Assembly: GCA_949745595.1 (NCBI GenBank)
Contig: CATJWN010000070.1
Coordinates: 54,092-118,091, forward strand
Direction of reading: 5' to 3'
Length of the DNA: 64,000 bases
Source: an uncultured Clostridia bacterium
GTDB taxonomy: Bacteria; Bacillota; Clostridia; TANB77; CAG-508
Part shown: piece by piece, positions 54,322-64,000 of the stretch
Numbering within the stretch: the stretch's first letter is position 1
Layout: each line of letters starts with the position of its first letter
Notes under the pieces: generated by a model
Seen by the model: only the letters and a program-made list of their open reading frames with translations
What the model was told of the DNA's origin: nothing
Databases searched by the model: none
Program-made: the position numbers and the translations under genes

Positions 54322-55914
54322 ATGAAAAAAGATATTAAAGGATATGTATGTTTCGTATTGCACGCACATCTCCCATATATTCATCATCCAGAAAATGATA
54401 CATATTTAGAAGAAGAATGGCTTTTCGAAGCTATTTCTGAAACTTACATACCACTTATACTTAATTTCCAAAAATTAGTTGAGGAAGGTGTTAATTTCAG
54501 AGTTACAATGACAATGACACCACCTCTTTTAAATATGCTTGATAATAAGCTTTTACAAGAGAGATATATTAAATACTTAAATAAACATATTGAACTTGCA
54601 GAAAAGGAAATTAGTAGAACTACTTACGATGAAAGAGTTAATCGTTTGTCTAAGTATTATTTCGATAGATATTCAAATGATTTACATATCTTTAGAGATG
54701 TATATAATTGCAATTTAATTACAGCTTTTAAAGAATTACAAGATAGAGGTGTACTTGAAATTATTACTTGTGGCGCAACACATGGATATTTTCCAATTTT
54801 ATATGTAAATGAAAAAACAGTTAGAGCACAAATTGGAGTAGGTGTACAAACTTATGAAAAATTCTTTGGGAGAAAACCTAGAGGAATATGGCTTCCAGAG
54901 TGTGGGTATGTCCCAGAAGCTGATAAGTATTTAAGAGAATTCGGAATAGAATATGCAATAACTGAAAGCCATGGTATATTATATGCTGATCCAGCTCCAT
55001 TATATGGAACATATGCACCAATTGTTTCACCAGAAGGCTTATGCTGTTTTGGTAGAGATATTGAATCTTCAAGGCAAGTATGGAGTTCTATTAATGGGTA
55101 TCCAGGAGATTACAATTATAGAGAGTTTTACAGAGACATTGGATATGATGCGCCTTATGATTATATTAAGCCATATATAGCTTGCAATGGTGTTAGAGTG
55201 AATACAGGTATAAAATATTATAGAATTACTGGAAAAGATGGTGAGAAAGACTATTATGATGTTCAATGGGCAAAGGATACAGCTGAAAGACAAGCTGGGC
55301 ATTTTTTTGCTTGCAGAACTGAACAAATAGATAATTTATCTAAATATATGCATGTTCCACCTATAATTACTTGTCCTTATGACGCAGAGTTATATGGGCA
55401 TTGGTGGTATGAAGGTCCATATTGGCTATATATTTTATTTAAGAAAATTTATTATAATGCAAGTAATTTTGAGTTAATAACACCAGGTGAATATATTGAT
55501 AAATTCCCTAATATCCAAGTGGCAAAACCTTGTAGATCAAGTTGGGGAGCAAATGGGTATAGTGAGGTTTGGTTAAATCAAACAAATGATTATGCACATC
55601 GTCACTTACATAAAGCAGGCGATAGAATGTGCGAGTTAGCTGCTATGTTCCCAAACGAAGGTGATACACTAAGAAGACAAGCTTTAAATCAATGTGCGAG
55701 AGAATTGCTTTTAGCCCAAAGCAGTGATTGGCTATTTATTATAACTAATGGCACAATGGTGGAGTATGCTCATAAAGCAATAAAAGATCATATTGGGCGT
55801 TTTACAAAGTTGTATTATCAAATAAAGAATGATAAGATTGATGCAAAATATTTGTTAGATGTTTTTGACAAAGATGATATATTCCCAGAAATAGATTACA
55901 CAATATATTGTTAA
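54322..55914 (+). CDS. GH57 1,4-alpha-glucan branching enzyme
   Basis: LHAHLPY, WLPECGY, DAELYGHWWYEG, LAQSSDW. Confidence 0.92.
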   Translation: MKKDIKGYVCFVLHAHLPYIHHPENDTYLEEEWLFEAISETYIPLILNFQKLVEEGVNFRVTMTMTPPLLNMLDNKLLQERYIKYLNKHIELAEKEISRTTYDERVNRLSKYYFDRYSNDLHIFRDVYNCNLITAFKELQDRGVLEIITCGATHGYFPILYVNEKTVRAQIGVGVQTYEKFFGRKPRGIWLPECGYVPEADKYLREFGIEYAITESHGILYADPAPLYGTYAPIVSPEGLCCFGRDIESSRQVWSSINGYPGDYNYREFYRDIGYDAPYDYIKPYIACNGVRVNTGIKYYRITGKDGEKDYYDVQWAKDTAERQAGHFFACRTEQIDNLSKYMHVPPIITCPYDAELYGHWWYEGPYWLYILFKKIYYNASNFELITPGEYIDKFPNIQVAKPCRSSWGANGYSEVWLNQTNDYAHRHLHKAGDRMCELAAMFPNEGDTLRRQALNQCARELLLAQSSDWLFIITNGTMVEYAHKAIKDHIGRFTKLYYQIKNDKIDAKYLLDVFDKDDIFPEIDYTIYC

Positions 55915-55924
55915 ATAAGAAAGG

Positions 55925-56269
55925 ATGTATAACATGAAAGTATATGATGAAGTAAATAACTTAGCACAAGCGATAAAAGAAAGCAAAGAATACATTGAAT
56001 ACAAAGAGATAAGAGCAGAAATTTTTGCAAATCCTGAACTAAAAAATCAAGTTGAAGAGTTTGAAAAAATTAGATATGAAGAGCAATTATTAGCTATGCA
56101 AGGAGAAAAACAAACTGATGAGAAAATGGCTAAATTACAAGAATTATACACTATTCTTGTGCAAAATGAAAAAGTAAAAGAATACTTTGACAAAGAAGTT
56201 AGATTTAATGTAATGATGGCTGATGTTAACAAGACAATAGGAGAAGCTATTAAAGACGTAATTCAATAA
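55925..56269 (+). CDS. YlbF/YmcA family regulator
   Basis: VYD..LAQAIKESKEY helical protein. Confidence 0.75.
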   Translation: MYNMKVYDEVNNLAQAIKESKEYIEYKEIRAEIFANPELKNQVEEFEKIRYEEQLLAMQGEKQTDEKMAKLQELYTILVQNEKVKEYFDKEVRFNVMMADVNKTIGEAIKDVIQ

Positions 56270-56277
56270 CTTTTATA

Positions 56278-56308
56278 AGCTCAGACTTTTATAAGTCTGG
56301 GCTTTTTT
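56278..56308 (+). terminator. Intrinsic terminator
   Basis: AGCTCAGACTT-ttat-AAGTCTGGGCT plus T tract. Confidence 0.8.
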
Positions 56309-56394
56309 GTGAATTTTTTATGAAATAAAAATGTTGCTATATTTTGTAAAATGTTATATAATTAATGACAAATATTTATTTTAGGAGAAAAGGA

Positions 56395-58084
56395 ATGTAC
56401 AAAAAGTGGGAATTTTATAAAACTGATGAAGATAAAGTAAAGTCAATTGCTGAAAAACATCATATCTCAGAACTTTTAGCAACAGTTTTAGTAAATAGAA
56501 ATATAATTGAAGACGAAGAGATAAGAGTGTTTTTGGAACCAAATAGAAACGATTTTCATGATCCATATTTGATGCCAGATATGAAAGAGGCAGTAGATAG
56601 GCTTTTAAAAGCTATTGAAAGTAATGAAAGAGTTATGATTTATGGAGATTATGATGTCGATGGAATTACTAGTACAACAGTTTTAAAAAAGTTCTTGCGG
56701 GGAAAGAGGATTAGATGCAGCTTTTTATATTCCTAATAGATTAAACGAAGGCTATGGACTTAATAAAGAAGCGGTTAAGAAAATAGCTGACGAAGGATAT
56801 ACATTAATTGTAACAGTAGATTGTGGGATTTCTGGAATTGAAGAGATAGAATATGCTAAAGAACTTGGAATGGATGTTATTGTTACAGACCATCACGAGC
56901 CTTTAGACAATCTTCCAAAAGCAATAGCTGTAGTTGATTGTAAGAGAAAAGATAATAAATATCCTTTTAATAGTCTAGCAGGTGTTGGAGTTGCTTTCAA
57001 ATTAATACAGGCAATTTCTCAAAAGTTGAAACTATCAGAGAAAGATTATTTAAAATACTTAGATATAGTTTGTGTTGGAACTATATCAGATATAGTTCCA
57101 CTAATTGATGAAAATAGAGTTATTGCAAAGCTTGGACTAATGCTTGCAGCAGAAACTAGAAATTTTGGACTTAAATCTTTGATTATAAATTCAGGTTATA
57201 AAGATGTAAATTCAAATACAATTTCTTTCGGAATTGCTCCAAGGATTAATGCTTGCGGAAGAATGGGCTTTGAAAATGAAGCACTTAATTTATTTTTAAA
57301 TGAAGATAAAAATCAAGTTTTAGAAATTACTGAAAAGCTTAATTCATATAATAAAGAAAGACAAGAAACTGAAAAGCGAATTTTTGATGAAGTAATAGAG
57401 AAGATTGAAGCTGAGAATTTAGATGAAAAAAATGCAATTGTTTTAGCAGGTAAAGGATGGCATCATGGTGTTATTGGAATAGTGGCTTCAAAAGTTACTG
57501 ACCTTTACTTTAAACCAACTATTTTAATATGCTTAGATAATGGCAAAGGAAAGGGCTCAGGACGTAGTGTCCCAGGTTTTGATTTGCATGAGGCCTTGTG
57601 TAAAACCAGTGAATACTTAGACAAATATGGTGGACATGAGATGGCAGTTGGCTTAAGTTTAGACGAGAAAAATGTAGAGGCATTTGCAGAAAAATTTGAA
57701 GAAATTAGTGCAGAAGCACGTACCAGTGAAATTGTTTCGATAATAAAAATAGATAAGGAAATAAAATTAAAAGATATTGATATAGAAAAAATAAAAGAGC
57801 TTAGCAAGTTAGAGCCGGTCGGTGAAGCAAACAAAATGCCAATATTTATTTATAGAAATTTAAAAATAAATTCTATAAGGTCTCTATCAGAAGGAAAACA
57901 TATGAAATTAACTTTAAAAGATGGAAATACAATTATTAATGCAATAGGATTTAATTTAGGTAATATTGCTAGTGACTATTTGATAGGGGATAAAGTTGAC
58001 GTTGTAGGTGTTTTAGAGATAAACACATTCAATGGCTTAGATACAATACAGATAAATTTAAGAGATATTAGAAAATCATATTAA
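56395..58084 (+). CDS. recJ: Single-stranded DNA exonuclease RecJ; +1 shift at CGG 56698-56700; 562 aa
   Basis: GDYDVDG in frame 0; G-ERG..YIPNRLNEGYG, TVDCG and TDHH in +1 frame. Confidence 0.93.
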
Positions 58085-58096
58085 TGGGGGAAAGAT

Positions 58097-60298
58097 ATGA
58101 GCGAGGAGAAAGAGATTACAATAGACGATGTAATTGAAAGACAAAAATTACATAATCCAAATGCAAATATCGAACTTATCACAAAGGCATATAATTATGC
58201 TAAAGAAAATCATGGAGATCAAGTTCGTATGTCTGGTGAACCATATATGATACATCCTGTAAATGTAGCATACATATTGTCTGAATTGGAATTAGATGAT
58301 GAGACAATTTGTGCAGCACTTTTACATGATGTTGTTGAAGATACACCAAAAACACATGAGGATATCGTTGAAGAATTCGGTGAAGAGATTGCAGAAATGG
58401 TTGCAGGCGTTACAAAACTTAGTAAATTACGTTTCGAGACTGTACAAGAACAACAAGCTGAAAATTATAGAAAGATGTTTTTAGCAATGCGGTAAGGATA
58501 TTAGAGTTATCCTTATTAAACTTGCTGATAGACTTCATAATATGAGAACACTTAAATTTTTAAAGAGAGATAGACAACTTGCAAATGCTAAAGAAACAGC
58601 TGAGATTTATGCGCCACTTGCAAACAGATTAGGTATTTATTCATTAAAATGGGAACTTGAAGACTTAAGCTTTAAATACTTATATCCAGACGAATATCAT
58701 GATATTGTAATTGGTCTTGATAGAAAAAGAGAAGAAAGACTTGAATTTATAAATCAAATAAAAGACAATATTGAAGAAAAGATAAAGGAAGAAGGAATAG
58801 AAGCAGAAGTAACAGGTAGAGCAAAACATTTATATAGTATTTATAGAAAAATGGAAAGAGATCATAAAAATCTGGATCAAATTTATGATTTATTTGCACT
58901 GAGAATATTAGTAAATTCAGTTAAGGACTGTTATGCAGTACTTGGTGTAGTACATGAAAATTATACACCAATGCCTGGTAGATTTAAAGACTATATAGCT
59001 GTTCCTAAAAAGAATATGTATCAATCAATACATACAACTTTACTTGGAACTAAAGGTACACCTTTTGAAGTGCAAATTCGTACTTGGGATATGCATAGAA
59101 CAGCTGAGTTCGGTATCGCAGCCCACTGGGCATATAAAGAAGCAAGCAATAGCGGAAAAAAATCATCAATTATTGTTACAGATGATAAATTATCTTGGCT
59201 TCGTGAGACTTTGGAATGGCAAAAGACTGCAGATACTCCGGATGAATTTTTAAATATCTTAAAAACAGAATTATTTGAAGACGAAGTATATGTCTTTACT
59301 CCTAAAGGACGGAATAAAAGTATTGCCGGCAGGTGCTACACCAATAGATTTTGCTTATAGTATACATGAGCAAGTTGGACATAAAATGGTTGGCTGTAAA
59401 ATAAATAATAAAATGATGCCAATTATTACTCCTTTAGAAAGTGGAGATATTGTTGATATTATTACTTCAGACCAATCAAAAGGCCCAAGCCGTGACTGGT
59501 TAAAATTTGTAAAAAGTTCTACTGCTAAAAGCAGGATAAATCAATGGTATAAGAAAGCTGAAAGAGCTCAAAATATTGAAAAGGGTAAAGATGTAATTGA
59601 TAAAGAAATCAAGAAACTTGGAATGAAATTTTCTGAACTTATGAGAGACGAGTGGCTTGAAGCAGTACAAGAAAGATATAAATATAATACCTTAGACGAT
59701 ATGTATGCAAGTGTTGGTTTTGGTGCACTTTCAGTAAATAAAGTAATTGCAAAACTATTAGACGAATATAGAAAAGAACATGAAGAAGAAGATATTGAGA
59801 AAAAGATTGAAGAACTGGCAAACACAAAACCAGTTAGGGTAAAACCATCAAGAACTGGTGTTGTAGTAAAAGGAATTGATAATTGTTTAGTTAAACTTTC
59901 AAAATGCTGTAACCCATTACCACGGAGACGAGATTGTAGGATATATAACAAAGGGCAGAGGAGTTTCAGTGCATCGTACAGATTGCGTAAATATTAATGA
60001 CTTATTTGCTGAAGAAAACAGAATGATAGATGTATATTGGTATGATGATATTAAAGGAACTTACAGTGTTGAAATAGAAGTGTTAGCAAATGATAGAGCA
60101 GGACTTTTGAGAGACATTATAAAACAATTAGACAATTCAAAAGCTAGACTTATGGGAGTAAATACGAGAACTACAAAAACAAATATTGCAATTATCAATA
60201 TTATGGTTGAACTTGAAAATATTGATGAGCTTAATAAACTAGTTAATCAGTTACGCAATGTTGAGAGTGTTTATGAAGTTAATCGTAAAAGAGGATAA
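58097..60298 (+). CDS. relA: Bifunctional (p)ppGpp synthetase/hydrolase; three +1 shifts at CGG 58490, 59310 and 59923; 732 aa
   Basis: Four ORF pieces join into HD-SYNTH-TGS-ZFD-ACT: FLAM-G-KDIRV, TPKG-G-IKVLP, NPLP-G-DEIVGY. Confidence 0.93.
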
Positions 60299-60316
60299 AC
60301 GAAAGAGAGAAAGTAT

Positions 60317-60965
60317 ATGATTTTAAAGAGATTACAAGTTCAAACCCCACAAGACTTTTTGACAAATTCTTATGTGGTTTGTGACGAAAATAGCAAAGAA
60401 GCTATGGTAATTGATCCAGGTGGCGAACCGGAGAGAATTGCTGAAGCTTTAGATATATTAGGTGCAAACTTGAAATATATTTTTATTACTCATTGCCACG
60501 CCGATCACATCGGCGGTATTAGTAAATTAAAAGAATTAAAAGGCGGAAAAATTTTAATAAGTAGAGAAGATAGTGAAGGGTTATATAATGAAGAAATAAG
60601 TTTGGCATATTACATAAATATGCAGAATCCAGAGTTGGAAGCTGATTCTAGAGTGGATGATAATGACTTGATTCATGTAGGAAACCTAGAGTTTAAAGTA
60701 ATAAGCACACCCGGTCATACTAAAGGAGGTTTATCACTTTACTGCGAAAAGGAAAGATTAGTGTTTTCAGGAGACACAATGTTTTCAGGCTCTTGGGGTA
60801 GGACAGACTTGCCAACAGGAGATTTTACAGAACTTATGGAGTCAATAACTAATAAATTTATGACATTGCCTGACGAAACTATTGTGTATCCGGGACATCG
60901 GAAAGACAACAATGATACAGGACGAGAGAAATATATATATAGATCTTAAACCAAAAGATTTTTAA
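60317..60965 (+). CDS. MBL-fold metallo-hydrolase (glyoxalase II-like); +1 shift at CGG 60899-60901; 215 aa
   Basis: THCHADHIG, TPGHT, GRTDL, VYPGH then G-KTTMIQDE. Confidence 0.88.
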
Positions 60966-60994
60966 AAATTTTAAAAATGAAAGGAAAGAATATT

Positions 60995-62248
60995 ATGGAA
61001 ATGATACAAAGACCGAAAGGAACAAGAGACTTGTTACCTTATGAAAGTTATAAGTGGCAATTTGTTGAAAGAAAATTAGCCAAAGTTTTAGAAGATTATG
61101 GATTTAAAGAGATTAGATTACCAGTTTTTGAATATACAGAGTTATTTCAAAGAGGTGTTGGAGAAACTACAGACGTTGTTCAAAAAGAAATGTATACTTT
61201 TGACGATAAAGGTGGAAGAAGTATAACTTTAAGACCAGAAGGAACTGCAGGAACAGTTAGAGCATACTTAGAAAATGGAATGTCTAGTAAACCAAGCCCA
61301 AGTAAAGTATATTATAATATGGGAATGTACAGATATGAAAATGTACAAAAAGGAAGGCTTAGAGAATTCCACCAAATAGGTGTTGAACTTTTAGGTTCAC
61401 AAAGTTATTTAGCTGATGTTGATACTATATTAGTTGGAAAAAGCATTTTTGATACATTAAATATACCTAATATTAGCCTAAACATTAACAGTATTGGTTG
61501 CCAAAAATGTAGAGGTGAATATCAAAAAATATTAAAAGAGTTTATAGGAAAGAACTTAGATAAATATTGCGATACTTGTAAAACAAGATTTGATAAAAAT
61601 CCACTTAGAATTCTAGACTGTAAAGAAAAAAGATGTAAAGAACTAAATGTTGGAGCACCAATGATGATTGATTATTTATGCGAAGAATGTAAAACCCATT
61701 TTGAAAATGTAAAATCAGCTTTAACAGCAGTAAAAGTAGATTACACAATAGACAGCTCTATTGTAAGAGGATTAGACTATTACACAAAAACAGTATTTGA
61801 GTTTGTAGATGAAAAAACAGGTCTTACAGTATTAGGTGGCGGTAGATATGATGGATTAGTTGAAGAAATTGGTGGACCACACACTCCAGCAGTAGGTTTT
61901 GCAATGGGCGTTGAAAGACTAATGGAAATGTTTGAAGAAACTAATAATACAGAAGTTCAAGAAAAAGTACCAGATTTGTACATTGTTTCTTGTGGCAATA
62001 AAGAAAATATCAAAGCAATAGAAATTGCAGAGAGCCTTAGAAATCAAGGAGTATATGTTGAAAAAGACATAATGGAAAGAAGTTTTAATGCACAGCTTAA
62101 ATATGCTGATAAAATAAATAGCAAGAACTTACTTGTAATAGGCGAAAACGAGCTAAGCACAAATAAAGCTAAAATCAAGAATATGGCAACAGGTGAAGAA
62201 CAAGAAACAGAACTTTTAGCATCTAGCATAGTAAAATTAATAAAATAG
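60995..62248 (+). CDS. hisS: Histidine-tRNA ligase
   Basis: RPKGTRD, LRPEGTA, GRLREFHQ, RGLDYY, GGGRYD. Confidence 0.97.
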   Translation: MEMIQRPKGTRDLLPYESYKWQFVERKLAKVLEDYGFKEIRLPVFEYTELFQRGVGETTDVVQKEMYTFDDKGGRSITLRPEGTAGTVRAYLENGMSSKPSPSKVYYNMGMYRYENVQKGRLREFHQIGVELLGSQSYLADVDTILVGKSIFDTLNIPNISLNINSIGCQKCRGEYQKILKEFIGKNLDKYCDTCKTRFDKNPLRILDCKEKRCKELNVGAPMMIDYLCEECKTHFENVKSALTAVKVDYTIDSSIVRGLDYYTKTVFEFVDEKTGLTVLGGGRYDGLVEEIGGPHTPAVGFAMGVERLMEMFEETNNTEVQEKVPDLYIVSCGNKENIKAIEIAESLRNQGVYVEKDIMERSFNAQLKYADKINSKNLLVIGENELSTNKAKIKNMATGEEQETELLASSIVKLIK

Positions 62249-62350
62249 AATGAATAGACTACGAGGAATTTTCTGATAAGGAACTTCTTGTAGTCTAATA
62301 CTTTTATAGAGTTGTATTTTAATATATAACAAAAATAGGAGCAAAATATT

Positions 62351-62962
62351 ATGAATATAGGCATTGATATAGACGATACAATAACAGAAGTTGAAGAAGA
62401 ATTGGAAAATGCAGCGTATGAATATGCTATTAAATTAGGTAAAAATATTAAAGATGCTGGAAATAACTTTGAAGATACAAAAAATAATGGAGATATATAC
62501 AGAGATAAATTTCAATTTTCTTATGAAGAGCTCAAATATTTCTTAAAGGATATTCAAGAGGAAATCATAAATAGAGCAAAGCCAAGAGTTAATGCTGCTA
62601 AGATAATTAATAAATTGAAAGAAGAAGGTCATAAAATAGTTATAATAACAGCAAGAGATAGTGAATTTCACGATGATCCATATATTTTAAGTAAAAATTG
62701 GTTAGATAAAAATAATATACATTATGATAAATTAATAGTAAATGCAAGAGAAAAAGGAAAAGTATGCAGAAATGAGGGCATTGATTTATTTATAGACGAC
62801 AAATTAGGTAATTGCTTGGATGTTTTAAAAGAAGGAATAAAAGTAATAAGATTTAGCAATGAAGACTGCAGTAATATGAATATAGTTAATTTGAATAATT
62901 GGATTGAAATATATAATTATGTAGGAGTATTGGAAGTAACAAATGAAAAAAATAAAATCTGA
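62351..62962 (+). CDS. HAD-superfamily 5'(3')-nucleotidase-like protein
   Basis: IGIDIDDT, ITAR, FIDD. Confidence 0.8.
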   Translation: MNIGIDIDDTITEVEEELENAAYEYAIKLGKNIKDAGNNFEDTKNNGDIYRDKFQFSYEELKYFLKDIQEEIINRAKPRVNAAKIINKLKEEGHKIVIITARDSEFHDDPYILSKNWLDKNNIHYDKLIVNAREKGKVCRNEGIDLFIDDKLGNCLDVLKEGIKVIRFSNEDCSNMNIVNLNNWIEIYNYVGVLEVTNEKNKI

Positions 62963-64000
62963 AAATAAAATATTAATAATGTTGGCACTTTTTAGCATAT
63001 CTATTGGACTATGGAGTAATTTTAGACAGCTTTGGCTACAAGATAATAACTTTTCTGTAATGCAGATAAGCAAAATCATAAGTGTAGGAACTTTTATAAG
63101 TGTTATAGGAATAGCTTTAATTGGTAGATATGTAAAATTAAATAAGCTAAAGAAAACACTAACAATAACTTTAATAATAAAATATATAAATATGTTATTG
63201 TTATATTATTTAAATGGAACAGCTAAAGTGGGGTTAATAAAATTATCTGTAGCTATGGATATAGTATTTGAATATATAGTTATAACAGGTGTATATCCAT
63301 TAATAACTACCATAGCAAAAAGTGATGCAATTTATAGTAAAAGGAAACTAACAGAATATCTGTTTAGAGATATAGGAATTTTGTTTGGAGGAATATTTAT
63401 AGGCAAGAACATTGCTGGAATATTTGTAGATTATAATTTTTGTTTAATAATATCAAACATATTTTTATTAATTTCAATAACTAATATTGTTAATATGAAA
63501 ATTAAAAGAGTAGTAGAAAAAAAACGAGCAAAACACTTAATGAGTAGATACATATTGAGAGACAAAATAATGACATTATATTTATTATATGTATTTATAG
63601 GCTCAACAGCAATGTCAACAGCTTTAGGGCTGAAAATGTTAACACTTACGAATTACTTTTCTTTTTCTGATAGTGTTGCAACAAATTATTTGTTGATAGT
63701 TGGTTTGGTGGCTGACGTAATAGGAATTTTAGCATTAAGATTTCTAACTCCTAAAAATGATTATCTAACAATTACAATAAAGTTTGGAATAAGGTTTATA
63801 GGATATGTTATTGCTTTTATATCAGACAACTGGATAATAACTTTAATAGCAATGACTTGGTCACTTCTTATATCAACAGCTTATGAGAATGTGTGTGATG
63901 GAGTATATATAAACCGTTTAGGAAGTGAGCATCAGTTATCATTTGCCAACATGAGATATATAACTAAACTTTTGGGAGATGCAATAGGTGTATTTTTTTG
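62943..64000 (+). CDS. MFS-like membrane protein (3' end outside window)
   Basis: ATG 62943; hydrophobic frame continuing towards the window end. Confidence 0.65.
   Translation, partial: MKKIKSENKILIMLALFSISIGLWSNFRQLWLQDNNFSVMQISKIISVGTFISVIGIALIGRYVKLNKLKKTLTITLIIKYINMLLLYYLNGTAKVGLIKLSVAMDIVFEYIVITGVYPLITTIAKSDAIYSKRKLTEYLFRDIGILFGGIFIGKNIAGIFVDYNFCLIISNIFLLISITNIVNMKIKRVVEKKRAKHLMSRYILRDKIMTLYLLYVFIGSTAMSTALGLKMLTLTNYFSFSDSVATNYLLIVGLVADVIGILALRFLTPKNDYLTITIKFGIRFIGYVIAFISDNWIITLIAMTWSLLISTAYENVCDGVYINRLGSEHQLSFANMRYITKLLGDAIGVFF

Noticed and set aside
1903-60901. Calling the 12 split genes ordinary pseudogenes
   Set aside because: Each has the same lesion at the same codon phase, with no nonsense mutations or other decay, and with RBS, gene overlaps and terminators matching the recoded ends
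1903-60901. Homopolymer-type sequencing error as the general cause
   Set aside because: 12 of 14 sites are not run extensions, long A/T runs in these genes are in frame, and sites track reading frame; not fully excludable without reads
1903-60901. Simple CGG amino-acid reassignment (Trp or Gln) or stop readthrough
   Set aside because: Homology continues only in the +1 frame, so a triplet reassignment cannot restore the proteins
36-63079. Short ORF-track entries antisense to or nested in long genes (e.g. 18324-18764, 49396-49974, 53125-53511, 59568-59951)
   Set aside because: Shadow frames of well-supported genes, with no recognisable motifs

Overview
AT-rich chromosomal window from a spore-forming Clostridia-like Bacillota (pnp, murB, ruvC, purD/N/F, spoIIP, T-box-thrS, deoB, guaB/A, Bce-like two-component system and ABC transporter, nrdD/G, gpr, glycogen genes, recJ, relA, hisS). 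It holds about 54 genes, with no rRNA, tRNA, CRISPR or IS seen. Main observation: 12 otherwise intact genes are broken by 14 +1 frame changes. Every one falls on an in-frame CGG codon (CGGA x12, CGGG x1, CGGT x1). Reading CGGN as one 4-nt unit (skip C, GGN = Gly) restores full-length proteins and often a conserved Gly, e.g. RuvC AIT-G-Y, PurF KP-G-EIV, Gpr GIVP-G-AGVGN, RelA NPLP-G-DEIVG. In a manual scan I found no in-frame CGG in any uninterrupted gene. This suggests a lineage-wide recoding in which CGG acts as a +1 frameshift or quadruplet Gly signal; that mechanism is inferred and needs read-level and proteomic confirmation. Secondary observations: a three-site BceR-type operator set, a decayed duplicate toxin-antitoxin module, and a membrane glycosyltransferase-like/rhamnosidase fusion.
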